DNA of 64,000 nt from the IMG/VR virus record IMGVR_UViG_3300030372_003010. One strand, given 5' to 3'. Below, in pieces: positions 37,301 through 47,900 of this stretch. A model generated the notes under the pieces. The model was not told the origin of the DNA. It ran no database searches and was given only the letters and a program-made list of their open reading frames with translations. The DNA comes from an uncultured virus (IMG/VR IMGVR_UViG_3300030372_003010) (lineage: Duplodnaviria; Heunggongvirae; Uroviricota; Caudoviricetes). The translations under genes and the position numbers were made by a program. How positions within the stretch are numbered: position 1 is the stretch's first letter; every line of letters starts with the position of its first letter.

Positions 37301-37500
37301 CGACTCCTATGGTAAATCAAAGAGGAGACTATACTACTCAAGGTGACTTTAGACCTGATGAACAAGGGTATAGAGAGAGTGCAAACAATCCAGGATTTGC
37401 TAAATATGGTGGAGCATTAAGAGATGGTGATGTACGTGAATTAACTCTTGATGAAATAAGAAAGATTATGGATGAGGGTGGACTAATAGAATTTATTTAA
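34309..37500 (+). CDS. Cargo protein with a lysozyme-like (GH108-like) domain
   Basis: MDFE...NYGI...EEARKFI..EYY...VAGRLIDYRYNTG pattern; many xxGG motifs; C-terminal tag domain. Confidence 0.55.
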   Translation: MAKKRYRVYRDGGQTGQQPSALNKFVEGGMTSDDQQMQLIMQTIYSMIKDEGLDKTAVFARLQSTGLPSDFLLKAIDGVYSYMNSIGESFDVDDSFNAIAPSADAPEQPTEDQGDDQMQQMQDMSMEVASEDDDEALDIVMSDEMRYGGEPNQYQGLNKYFQAGGEQTEQQEPVEVYFPNMDIMTSTEDTPYMKKGGMTKKKFMKNILKRFEEGGEEDENVKLESADKKDTPEGSVKKYTQGFLGAIKNKATTAETEKLYKLAKQSGDPKLMQILGENPEQGQGQPMQPQQPMAKYGMQKYQDEGEVTNYNLVDNNGNIIPPDPNYIPPGVPTYPDFSNWDNMDRGTQFRIIQQMIADPTQFNPEDIKKYGPQKMTQEQMDIINRENANRPPVRISQERYGGTLPAYQKKGEVTLDDYINTLMDFETRRGSRTGGYLPNYGINIPKYTDPAKYGTKYDYLADGVSGEEARKFIMDEYYNEGIENFDPSVAGRLIDYRYNTGRNYKDFLLLDAGLITLDEIASGDPAVRTKLDNLWTTNEAKLISAMDDEGYLKHFDQTRDELAKDYQARMLKKNPNYGDPYGKSWHDRSTIYSGLDYAKIKEAEKRGLLTKEESDKLLKEGTAGKDYILGTPSYEYITRGQDPSYYGYHNMFEFLFPGNFNYPGGQKYTAPSSWGKPVARDVYKTRSMGWNKGQPKKWIEYYEVPEGMNPEDMKMITPKGMRKAGRELRKNLKKAYRRDGAKGAANVFRNAMNAVSGKQGEEDSEMDPTSKDRQVSNKQSNLSKTELIDQQLMKDSYFKENWDDMSNKEKREARRTFAFDNEEYRRPRDKFVFGAQGTRYKESKSSRKQKMFGGELPKAQLGEEHDMMKSLAKMMTDPTNPILNPEGFSQNIVDNANFVTPGVQVNSSTEAKDNPVAHDHSNPDFKFYEHPGVRDEKKKKQYVGFKNRSKNQRRLGRDAQLGLFNNASNMALGVGEDINQNWNAASYVPDNLGNVMDPTPMVNQRGDYTTQGDFRPDEQGYRESANNPGFAKYGGALRDGDVRELTLDEIRKIMDEGGLIEFI

Positions 37501-37510
37501 TTAATTATAG

Positions 37511-40500
37511 ATGAAGTATAAAGTAAGAATAAAGAGAGCTCCTATGCAAAAGGCACGTACTGGTGCACAAGTTGATTATGGACTAAGTACTCCTGTTACT
37601 GCAATGGGTGGGGCTGATTACGGAAGGCAGCCTAAATCTGAATATGCTACTACAAGTACTATAGGTGCAATTGATAGAGAAGATGCAAACTTAGAAGCTG
37701 AAAGTGGTGAGATTGTTTTTGGAGATATCAATGGAGATACATTTCCTGAAACAAATAAGATTGTTGGTAAAAGACATTCTGAAGGAGGTGTGCCTTTAAA
37801 TTTACCATCAGGTACTTTTATATTCAGTGATACTAAATCAATGAAAATTAAAGATTGTGAAATCTTAAAAATGTTTAATAAACCATGTGGTAAAAGATCT
37901 TATACTCCGGCAAAGCTTGCTCAAGTATTTGATATAAATGCATATAGAGAAATACTACAAGATCCTAACTCTGATAAAATAGATGTCAGAACTGCAGAGA
38001 GAATGATAAGAAACTATACTGTAAAGTTAGGGGCCTTAGCATTAGCTCAAGAATCTTTAAAAGGATTTCCTGATGGTATTCCAGAAGTAGCTAAACCTTA
38101 CATGGAAGTAGCAGGAATAAAAGAAGAAGATGTTTTACCTCCTCCAGAACTTACACAAACTATAGAAGCTGTAGAAAACGAGGTGCAAAAAAAGCAGCCT
38201 GGTAATCCTGATGAGCAAACTGGTGCTCCTAATCAAGACATGATGGCTTCAGCTGAAGAAATGAATCAAGGTAATCCTGTAGCTGCACCAATGAATCCGC
38301 AAGGTCAACCTTCTCCTATGGCAGAACCTGGTATGATGCAACCTCAAGATCAAATGATGAGATTTGGTGGAAACTATAGTGGTCTAGATAAATTCTTAGG
38401 TAGAGCTCAAGAAGGAATGCAGCAACCATCTCCTGAAGAAATGATGATGATGGAGCAACAAGCTATGCAAGAGCAAGGTCAGCCTCAGATGCAGGATGGT
38501 CAAGAACAGATAATGCAATTAATGCAAGCTGTAGGACAAGCTTTAGAACAAGGTCAAGATCCTGTTGAAGTTATGGCTCAGTTAATACAAGATCAACTTC
38601 CACCGGAAATAATTGTTCAGATATTTACACAACTTGGAATGCCTGAAGAAGAGGTTGTACAGAGTTTACAAATGATAATGCAACAAATGCAAGGTGGTCA
38701 ACCTTCACAAGAAGAAATGATGATGCCCCCTCAACAACAGATGATGGAGTATGGTGGAAGCTATTCTAATTTAAATAAGTTTATAGATGGTGGGGAAGAA
38801 ATGATGATGCAGGAACAGGCTATGGCAGAAGAAGCTCCTATGAATCAAGCAGCTGGTCAAGATGAAATGATGCAATTAGTGCAAGGTGTAATGCAAGCAC
38901 TAGAATCAGGTATGCCTTTAGAAGAATTAACAATGAATGTATTAAGCTCAGGAATTTCACCTGAACTTTTAATGCAAGTATTAGTTGAAGTTGGAATTGA
39001 TGAAAGAGAAGCAATGGAAGCTGTACAAAATGCTGTAGCTGAGATGAGTGTAGCAATGCAAGAAGGTGCATCTATGCAAGAAGAAATGCCTATGGAACAA
39101 ATGGCTATGATGAGAGATGGAGGATCTCTTCCTTCTTACCAAAGTGAAGGTGAGGTAGTTGAGCTAAATAGAGATGATTTTGATACTGAAAAACAATTTA
39201 GAAGAGCAATTTTTGATGCAAGAAGGGATGGGAAAAAAATTGTAGATTCTAAAGGTAGACCTTTAAGTGAAGAAAGAGAGTACATGCCTTATGATGCGGA
39301 AAAAATGGATCCTAAAGGATATTATGCACACAAGTTTGGTAAAAAGAATGCAGATGGTGAATATGTAATGACCGATGATCAAAAAAATATAGCAGTACAA
39401 TCTTATTTAATGGATAAGATGTTAGAAGATGATGATGCTGTAGATCTATGGATGGCTGAAGTAGATGATATTGCTGCAGTTTATAATGATCCTGACCGAG
39501 TAGATCTTAAAAAGAAATATTGGAAAAATGGTATGAGTCCGGATAAGGTAGCTCAAGAACTTATGGGAGATTCAAGTGCTACATGGGCAGGTTTAGATCC
39601 TGATGTTAAAAGAAAGGCTATGGTAAATTCATACCGTAAGCAATCTGATCAAGCTTTGTATCTGCAAGCTAATAAGGTTGATCCAAGGATGTGGAAAAAT
39701 AATGGAGATAAATATAAAACTTTTGCTGATATACAAGCATTTAATAATGATCCTAAAAATAAAGGTGCGGAAATTAAAAATCCAGAAACAGGAGAACCTA
39801 TAACAACTGCTGCTGAATATACTAATGTTCAAAACTGGTATAAAACAAATGTAGGTTTAGATGCTGATGATGCTGATCATAATCTTAGGAATCATTTTTC
39901 TAGTAAAACATTATTTGCAGATAATGTAGATGCAGACGGTAGACCTATATATGGTGATAACCCAAGATATGGTAAAAAAACTGTATTAGCAGAACAAATG
40001 GGTCATTTAGGTTTTTCATCAGTTGCTCAAAAGAAAAGATTTGCTAAAGAAGGGAAACCTGGAGGTTATACAGATCCAGATAAAATATTTCATTCTCAAG
40101 GTTTTAAAATTGCAGAAGCTGGGGACGGTGATGAAACTGCAATGTTTGGTAATAAACATGCAACTTCTATAGATGATGTAGAAGGTAATACAGATGTTGG
40201 TATGGGTAATGCTTATATACCTGTCGGTTTAAAATGGGGTGAAGCTCCCAAAAAAGATGCAATACCTTGTTATTGTATGAATAAGGATGGTGAAAAAGTT
40301 CTTACAGGAGAGTATGAAGAAGAAGGTAAACCATGTAAACCATGTCCTCCAATAAAAATTGAAAAAGATCCTCCTGCAAAAGCTGGATGGTGGCTTCAAG
40401 ATACTATTAATACTATGGGTGCATTTGGAGATGCTAGTTTTGCTGGTAAAGGTATGATGCCTTTCCATCAGCAAGTTGAGTTAGCAAATGCAAGAGCTAC

Positions 40501-41224
40501 TTATTTAGATCCAACTAAGAAAGCTGCAGATATACAATCTCAGTATGCTCAGAACTTAAAAACAGCATCTTCATTTGCCGGACCTCAAGCTTTAGGTTCA
40601 ACTATGTCTAGAATGTCTGGTGATGCTGCATCAAAATCTACAGCTGAAATTAATAAAACAGGCATGGATAATGTTAATCTTTCTAATCAGTTTGCTTTAA
40701 AGACTGCTGAAACGTTAAATAAACAAAACCTTATGAATACTAAGTTGGATAAAACTTATTATGATGAGCTTGCAACAAAAGATGCTAGAGATAGACAAGA
40801 AAAACTTGCAGCTAGAATAAATAGAAGAAAACTTTATACAACAGCAATAGGAAATAGAGCTCAGACACAAGCATTAAATACAATAAATCAAGAGTATAAT
40901 GTAGATCCTACTACTGGTGGATTTGTAACTAGAACTAATACTACTAGAACTCCTAGTGGTGCTGGAGGTGGAATGACAAAATTACAATTGATGGAGATGT
41001 TTATAAATAGAGGGTATTCTAAAGAAGAAGCTACAAATGCAGCTAACTCTATATATGATAATCAGGGCAAAACTTCAAATACTAATGCTGATTATGATCT
41101 TATAAAACAAAATAAAGGTTATGGAACTTCTGGATTAAATCCTAGCAAGGGTGCTATGAGTAGATATGGTGGACAAATGCCTTTAGACTTATTTGTTAAT
41201 GGAGGCAATGTGTATCCATTTTAA
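37511..41224 (+). CDS. Cargo / ejection protein (EAExGE...GKRHSEGG...IFSD domain, Met/Gln-rich repeats)
   Basis: N-terminal ANLEAESGE / HSEGGV / FIFSD domain, as I recall from crAss-like cargo proteins; MQ-rich helical repeats; coiled-coil C-terminus. Confidence 0.55.
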   Translation: MKYKVRIKRAPMQKARTGAQVDYGLSTPVTAMGGADYGRQPKSEYATTSTIGAIDREDANLEAESGEIVFGDINGDTFPETNKIVGKRHSEGGVPLNLPSGTFIFSDTKSMKIKDCEILKMFNKPCGKRSYTPAKLAQVFDINAYREILQDPNSDKIDVRTAERMIRNYTVKLGALALAQESLKGFPDGIPEVAKPYMEVAGIKEEDVLPPPELTQTIEAVENEVQKKQPGNPDEQTGAPNQDMMASAEEMNQGNPVAAPMNPQGQPSPMAEPGMMQPQDQMMRFGGNYSGLDKFLGRAQEGMQQPSPEEMMMMEQQAMQEQGQPQMQDGQEQIMQLMQAVGQALEQGQDPVEVMAQLIQDQLPPEIIVQIFTQLGMPEEEVVQSLQMIMQQMQGGQPSQEEMMMPPQQQMMEYGGSYSNLNKFIDGGEEMMMQEQAMAEEAPMNQAAGQDEMMQLVQGVMQALESGMPLEELTMNVLSSGISPELLMQVLVEVGIDEREAMEAVQNAVAEMSVAMQEGASMQEEMPMEQMAMMRDGGSLPSYQSEGEVVELNRDDFDTEKQFRRAIFDARRDGKKIVDSKGRPLSEEREYMPYDAEKMDPKGYYAHKFGKKNADGEYVMTDDQKNIAVQSYLMDKMLEDDDAVDLWMAEVDDIAAVYNDPDRVDLKKKYWKNGMSPDKVAQELMGDSSATWAGLDPDVKRKAMVNSYRKQSDQALYLQANKVDPRMWKNNGDKYKTFADIQAFNNDPKNKGAEIKNPETGEPITTAAEYTNVQNWYKTNVGLDADDADHNLRNHFSSKTLFADNVDADGRPIYGDNPRYGKKTVLAEQMGHLGFSSVAQKKRFAKEGKPGGYTDPDKIFHSQGFKIAEAGDGDETAMFGNKHATSIDDVEGNTDVGMGNAYIPVGLKWGEAPKKDAIPCYCMNKDGEKVLTGEYEEEGKPCKPCPPIKIEKDPPAKAGWWLQDTINTMGAFGDASFAGKGMMPFHQQVELANARATYLDPTKKAADIQSQYAQNLKTASSFAGPQALGSTMSRMSGDAASKSTAEINKTGMDNVNLSNQFALKTAETLNKQNLMNTKLDKTYYDELATKDARDRQEKLAARINRRKLYTTAIGNRAQTQALNTINQEYNVDPTTGGFVTRTNTTRTPSGAGGGMTKLQLMEMFINRGYSKEEATNAANSIYDNQGKTSNTNADYDLIKQNKGYGTSGLNPSKGAMSRYGGQMPLDLFVNGGNVYPF

Positions 41225-41288
41225 ATTTTAAATGTTTAATAAACTTATAAAATATAAATATATTTATAACGAAGAATTTTAGAAGAAT

Positions 41289-44200
41289 ATGGCAACTTAT
41301 TTACAGGGGGTAAAACCTTACATACCGGACTATCAGCCTTTTCAACCTGATTTAAATTTCTATGCAAATGTTTTGCAAACTAAACAGAATCAGTATGATA
41401 CTAATTGGAATAAATTAAACAATGTTTATAGTCAATTTTTTAATGCTGATGTAATTAGACCTGGAGATATAAAAAAGAAAGATGAACTTCTGAAGCAAAT
41501 AGATTTTGAATTAAGAAGAGTGTCTGGATTAGATTTGTCATTAGAACAAAACTTGCAACAAGCTCAACAAGTATTCAAACCTTTCTATGAAGATAAGGTT
41601 TTAATGCATGATATGGCTTATGTTAAAAATTTTAATAGTAGATATAGCCAAGCACAAGCTCTTAATAAAAGTACAGATGAAAAAGTAAGAGAAACTTATA
41701 ATCCTATAGGAATAAGATATATGGATTATATGAAAGAGGATTTTATAAATTCAACTGATGATGAGTCTTTAAATATGTTTGCTCCGCAGTATACTCCAAG
41801 AGTTAATGCTATTAAACATTATACTGAGATGGCAAAGGAGCTTGGAATAAGTTCTGAAATAACTAAGCCTGGACAGAAGTATTTTGTTAAAATGAAAAAT
41901 GGAAGCTTGATATACCAACCTCTTATTAAAATGTTTGAGTCAGAGTATGCTAATAGTCCACAACTTCAGGAAATGTATAAAGTTGAAGCTATAGTAAACA
42001 GAAGAGACTCCATGAAAAAGATTGGAGGAGATCCTGTTCAAGCTGAGATGCAATATTTAACTGATCAACAAAAACTTATTGAAACTTATTATGATAAAGC
42101 AAATAAGAATAATGCTAAAACTGTTAAAAACATAGAGACAAATCTTAAAAAAGTAGATGAGAAAATAAATACAGGAAGAGCAAATGTTTTTTCATGGCAT
42201 GATAAAGAAGCTTATAATGCTACATTAGGAATAGCAACAGCTAATTCTAAGTTTACTCAATCTATACAAGAAGGTATATCAAATAAACAAAACTCTACAG
42301 TTGTAACTAAAGGTGCTCCACCAAGTACTGATCTAGAGGTATTAAGATTTAAAGTTGACTTAGGAACAGCAGGAATGCTAGCAAATCAAGATATAGCAGA
42401 TGCAGCTTATAGATATTCAAAAGTTGGTGAAAAAGTTGATTACTCACTAAATCCACTTTATGTAGCTCAAGTAAAGAGTGGCTATAAAAAACAAGAGATA
42501 GCTATGGCTAATAAAGCCAAGTACAAACTTGCTATGGATAAAAAAGCAGTAGAAGATGGTAGAAAAATTTTTAAAGAAGTTCCCGATCCAGACAATCCTG
42601 GACAGAATATGGTTATTGCTATAGATAACCCTGCATTATCTGAACTTAATAAATTATCAACACAGTCATTTACTACAGATAAAATTACTAATGTTATTGC
42701 TGGTAATGAAAAATATAGAAGTGATCAAGAAAGAAGAAGTGGAAAGCCTGGTTTAATTAATGATATTAATTTTATAATAGAAGGAATAGAACAAGGTTTG
42801 ATTGATAAAGCTACTGGTTATGCAGCTATATTTGGTAAAGGTATGAATCCTCAAGTTAAACAAGCTTTGGTTGCACAAATAGGTGAACAAGCTTTTGAAG
42901 ACTTATCAAGAAAGTATTCTCCGAGTCAAGGTTATTCAACTGGAAATACTGGAATAGATCAACTTATAGCATCAACTTATGGTAATACTACAACTACTGA
43001 AGACATAAGAATGGTACTATCTCAAACTGGTATGGGTGGTAAGTATGCTCAAGCACCAGGTTATGGTATGGAAGAAGTTATGATGGACCGTGTAAAATCA
43101 GACTTTCAACCTTATGGTAGATTCATGACAAATAATGAAGATCCTGGTGTAAATGAAATAGCTAAGTCTATTGTATATTCTAGTGTAACAGATAATATGG
43201 ATTTAAATGAATTAAAGAGTATTATAAATAACAGTCATCTTTTAACTGGTTCAAAAAGTAATACTCCTTTGGAGCAGACATTTGAACCTTATGAACTTAT
43301 TCAACTTCATAAAAATGCTACAAATATTGCAACCCAATTCAGAGGTACAGATTTAGCTGAAAATTATTACAAAAAAAATAATGCTTTAGAATATGATAGT
43401 TATTTAACTTTCTATGAGAATATAGACTTTGTTAGAAATAAGAATAAAGCAATGCTTGTTAAAAATATGATGAGTAATGTAGCTTTAAATGCTTTAGTTA
43501 AAACTTATCAAGGTGGAATGGAACTAAGAAAAGCAATTTCTAATGGAATGCTTGGTCCTAATAATAATCTTATAGATCTAGCAACATTTAAGGGAGAGTT
43601 TACTGATATATTAACAAAAAATTCAAAACTTGCAAATGGAACAAGAATAGATATTAATGGAAGAAGTTATACAGTTTCGGGAAATTTTGAAAGAAGGCAG
43701 CCTTTTGTAAAAGGAAAAGGTAAACAAGGTTGGAATTTTACAGAAGAAGATTTAAAAAATATTAATGACTTAACTGAAAGAGCATGGAATCAAGGTTTAT
43801 ATAAAAATCCAAATATAACTTTATTTGGAAAGAATTCTGGTGATAGTTATCAGTATGAACCTAATAACAAAAGGGGTCCTTATGTAATGTGGAAATCAGT
43901 TGGACAAGGAAGTAGAAGAGGAAGGAAGCCTACATTTTACAAAGATCCAAATCAGCTGAAAGCTGCTTGGAAAGAAATGTATAAAGAAAATGCATCGAGA
44001 GATTATGCTAGGGCAGTAAATGGTTTAGTTACAGGAAATCCTTCTAGTCAATTAGAGGTTGTATTTAAAGCTCTAACAAAAGATTATAAAGAGGCAGCTC
44101 AAAATAGTAGAGAGTTAATTTCTTATACTCCTATAGTTAATCCTCAAGGTAATGCATATGGTTTTACTAATGTTATGGGTTACAATGTAATTGGTACAGC

Positions 44201-44993
44201 AGGTATTGATCAACCAGGAGCAAAAGACTTTAGAGAGTTTGTAAATCAAGGTATGAATAATATACAGTGGGATGACATTACTACTAATACGGTAATGTTT
44301 GGAGAAGTTACACCAAGCTCTAGAACTAAGCAACTTGGAGATACACCATCTTTTGTAAATAGAGCTAATGCAAACAAAGCTTCTTATATTTTAAATGATA
44401 TAAAAACTAAACTAGGAACTAAAAATGCTGTGGACTTTTCAATTGGTGTTGTTGGAGGTGGTGTCTTAGAAGATCCTAATAAAGTTATGGTTTCAATAAA
44501 ACCTTCTTTTGAGTATTTATCTAAGAACTTTGTTAAGTCTAGTGAAAAATCAGAAAAAGGTATTATTACTGCGGAGGAAGCTCGACTAGCATCTTTAGGA
44601 GGCATTAACTTTGTAACAGATAGAAAAAATTTAGAGAGTTTAGATTTAATGAAGTCTGCTCAAATAGATGGAATTGAGGCTATACTAAATACAGGTCAAA
44701 CGGTTTCTCATACTAATATGTACAATGCAGGAACATTTGTATTTGAACCTAATGTACTTGATCCTTCAACTCCGGTAAATATTAGAGGTGTTATTCAAGG
44801 TTTAAATCCTAAAACAGGAGAGTGGGAAACACATGCTCTCCCTCTTCCTAATACAAGATATAATTATTCTGAAATGTATATACAGTTAAAACAACAAATA
44901 GCATCTGTTGCTGAACAAAATAATCATATAATGAGAATGTTAGTTAAACAGGGTAAAACTGTGAGTGTTGCTCCAGATCTTTCAAATTATTAA
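41289..44993 (+). CDS. Large ejection / cargo protein
   Basis: 1234 aa; N-terminal YQPFQPD...KQNQYD...GLDLS; apparently Cys-free; upstream of the vRNAP cluster. Confidence 0.55.
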   Translation: MATYLQGVKPYIPDYQPFQPDLNFYANVLQTKQNQYDTNWNKLNNVYSQFFNADVIRPGDIKKKDELLKQIDFELRRVSGLDLSLEQNLQQAQQVFKPFYEDKVLMHDMAYVKNFNSRYSQAQALNKSTDEKVRETYNPIGIRYMDYMKEDFINSTDDESLNMFAPQYTPRVNAIKHYTEMAKELGISSEITKPGQKYFVKMKNGSLIYQPLIKMFESEYANSPQLQEMYKVEAIVNRRDSMKKIGGDPVQAEMQYLTDQQKLIETYYDKANKNNAKTVKNIETNLKKVDEKINTGRANVFSWHDKEAYNATLGIATANSKFTQSIQEGISNKQNSTVVTKGAPPSTDLEVLRFKVDLGTAGMLANQDIADAAYRYSKVGEKVDYSLNPLYVAQVKSGYKKQEIAMANKAKYKLAMDKKAVEDGRKIFKEVPDPDNPGQNMVIAIDNPALSELNKLSTQSFTTDKITNVIAGNEKYRSDQERRSGKPGLINDINFIIEGIEQGLIDKATGYAAIFGKGMNPQVKQALVAQIGEQAFEDLSRKYSPSQGYSTGNTGIDQLIASTYGNTTTTEDIRMVLSQTGMGGKYAQAPGYGMEEVMMDRVKSDFQPYGRFMTNNEDPGVNEIAKSIVYSSVTDNMDLNELKSIINNSHLLTGSKSNTPLEQTFEPYELIQLHKNATNIATQFRGTDLAENYYKKNNALEYDSYLTFYENIDFVRNKNKAMLVKNMMSNVALNALVKTYQGGMELRKAISNGMLGPNNNLIDLATFKGEFTDILTKNSKLANGTRIDINGRSYTVSGNFERRQPFVKGKGKQGWNFTEEDLKNINDLTERAWNQGLYKNPNITLFGKNSGDSYQYEPNNKRGPYVMWKSVGQGSRRGRKPTFYKDPNQLKAAWKEMYKENASRDYARAVNGLVTGNPSSQLEVVFKALTKDYKEAAQNSRELISYTPIVNPQGNAYGFTNVMGYNVIGTAGIDQPGAKDFREFVNQGMNNIQWDDITTNTVMFGEVTPSSRTKQLGDTPSFVNRANANKASYILNDIKTKLGTKNAVDFSIGVVGGGVLEDPNKVMVSIKPSFEYLSKNFVKSSEKSEKGIITAEEARLASLGGINFVTDRKNLESLDLMKSAQIDGIEAILNTGQTVSHTNMYNAGTFVFEPNVLDPSTPVNIRGVIQGLNPKTGEWETHALPLPNTRYNYSEMYIQLKQQIASVAEQNNHIMRMLVKQGKTVSVAPDLSNY

Positions 44994-44999
44994 ACAACC

Positions 45000-47900
45000 A
45001 TGGCAGAAGATATAAATAACATACAGGATTCAATGGAAGATGATCCTAAAAATTCAGGATCTTACATTAGAGAGGGAACTACAAACATTGAAAATTTTAT
45101 GCCTATAACAGGTAATCCACCTACTGTAGATTTAAGTACACCTGTTCCACAATCAAATAGATCTGCTACACTTCCTTATAATCAACTTAGAGATAATGTT
45201 ACCGGATTTCCTCCATACTCTTCTAACCAAATACCAAAAGAAGAAAATTGGCTTCAAAATGCAGCAGACTATATAGGTCAAACTGCATACCATCAAACAG
45301 ATCAAGGTTCATACTCAAAGCCCTATATGTATGATGCTAGTGCTCAAGGAACACAAAGAGCTAGATATAAAGCCTATGGTCAAGAAACTTTTGATAAAGT
45401 TGGTTTTAATCCTACTTTAAATAATGAAGATATATTTAATGCTAATACTACTATAGTAGATGATTTCATAAGAATGGGTACTAAAGCTTTCTTACCAATG
45501 TACGGTAATGGTTTATTAGCTGGGCCCAAAAGTTATGGTGATGCTATAGGATTAGATTTTGGACAAGATACTGAACAAGCAGATTCTTATGAAGAATATA
45601 ATAACATAGGTTATTCTTCTAAAGGTGGAGTCGGAGGATTTGTAAATAATCTATTTAACAGTGTTGCATATAGTGCAGGTGTATTAACTGAAGCTGCTGC
45701 AGAATATGCTTTAATAGGAATGGTTGAAGGTGCTGTAGCTGGGCCTCAAGGAGCTGCTGGAGGAGCTGCTGCTGGAGGATTATTTGGTATTTTAAAGTCT
45801 ATTCCTCAAATGGGAAAAGCTCTTTATCAAATGACCAAGTATGGTGGTAAAATGAGTGCTCAATTAAAAAACCTAAGAAAATATTCTGAAGCAAGAAAAC
45901 TTTGGGCAACCGCATCTAGAACAACTGCAGATTTTATAAATCCTTTAGGACAAACCGGTAGAGCTTTTCAAAGAAACATTCTTAGTAATGCAGATAATTT
46001 AAGCAATCTTGCTAGAGGTACACGTACAGCAGCAGGATTTTTTAGAGATGTTAGTATGCTTAATGCAGGTTTATCTGAGGGAAGACTTGAAGGTGGTTTT
46101 GTAGAAAATAATACTTACCGTAATGGTTATGATAGATTCTGGAAAGAACATGGTAGAGCTCCAAATGCAGATGAACAACTAGATCTTAGAAAGGTAGCTA
46201 AGCTAGCTGGGTTTCAAGCAACTTGGAAAAATGCATTGTTAGTAAATTATACTAATAAGTTAGCATTCCCTAATCTATTTAGAGGAAGTTTTATGAAAGG
46301 TGCTTCAGCTAATATCAGAAAAGTTGGTAATGAATTTAACTTAGTATATGAAGCTGCTAAAAAAGGTGCTGCTATGGGCCAGTACAAGCTTATAGATTAT
46401 AATTTAAGAAATGCTTTAAAAGGTTTTATTAAACCAAAAAACTTTGGAAAAGCTAGTTTAAATTACTTTAAGTTAAATGTAGTTGAGGGAGCTCAAGAAG
46501 TTTTACAAGATGTTATAGCTACTTCAACAGAAAATTATTATTTAGATAGTTATTTTGATCCATCAAAAAAGAGTTTTGATCACTCTATGGCAACATTAAA
46601 AGATGCTTTTGGAGACATGTATGGTGAGAGAGGATTTGAAACATTTGCTTCAGGTTTCTTTATGGGAGGTTTGTTAAGACCTTTTGGTGGTGCAGTACCT
46701 AGATTTAGAGATAAACTTATAAGTAAAGTTCTTAAAAACGAAGCTGTTTATGAACAAGACATTGCTGAAAGAAAAGCAGATGGTACTAGAATGGTTAATG
46801 CATTAAATAATATGAATAAGAATGCAGCAGAATTCTTAAACCATAGACTATTTAATTATGGTAATCAAGCTATCATATCTAAAAATTCTAATTCAAATGA
46901 AACTGATACTAAACAACATAAAGATAATGTTACTGCATCATTAGTTTCTGATGTAATTACTACTTTAAATTCAGGAACATTTGATGTATGGACTGATAAT
47001 TTAAAACAACTTAAACAACTAGATGCAAAAGGTTTAGAAGATGCGTTAGATTTAGAAGCAGGGCAAGGTGAAAAAGCAAGAATAGCTCTTGATAATTTTC
47101 TAAAAAGAGCAGAGAAGATTGCCAAGAACTGGAAGTTTGGTCAAGAAAACTTAGGTACACAGAGAGTTTCTCTTACTGGTTTAAAAGAAGGTACACCAGA
47201 ATATGATCAAGCTGCCATTCAAAACAAAGCAATTGATGCTGCTATATTTAATTTAACTTTTCTTCAAGAATCTTTTAATGATAATTTAGAAAGAGTTAAT
47301 GAGTTGTATCAGAAGTTTAATAATTTAGGTATGTTCCAAAAACTACCTGGTGCACAGTTTCAACAGATTGCTGATCAAAGATTATTAGCACAAGAAATTG
47401 AAATGCTTACTAAAGCTGTTGAAGTAAATCAACAAGCTTATGATGCATCTCCATCTTCAGAAATGAGTAATCAAATTACGGAACAACGTAATCTTTTAGA
47501 TGCTCTTATTTCTTTTCAGAAAGCACAGCAAGAATATGAAGGTATTCGTAAAGCTATGGAGATTTTGAAAGAAGCTAAGAAAGAAGGAGGCCTTGAAGAT
47601 CAGGATGCTAGTATACAGGCACTTGATGAAATTCTAACTGAATATGAAAATAACTATGATCCTAACTTAAATTACAAATTAGCTTTTGAAAACTTATTAA
47701 AACAGTTGGTAAATAATGATGTAGAGTTTCAAAAGCTTATGGACACTATTGGTAGTGAACAGTTTGATAATTTATATGCAGCATTAATTGATATACACAA
47801 GCTTAATTATGAAGCAGAAAATCTGATACCTTATATAAATCTTTTACTAAATCCTGCAGGATTTGGAGAGCATGTTAAGAGAAACTTTGATTGGATGAGA

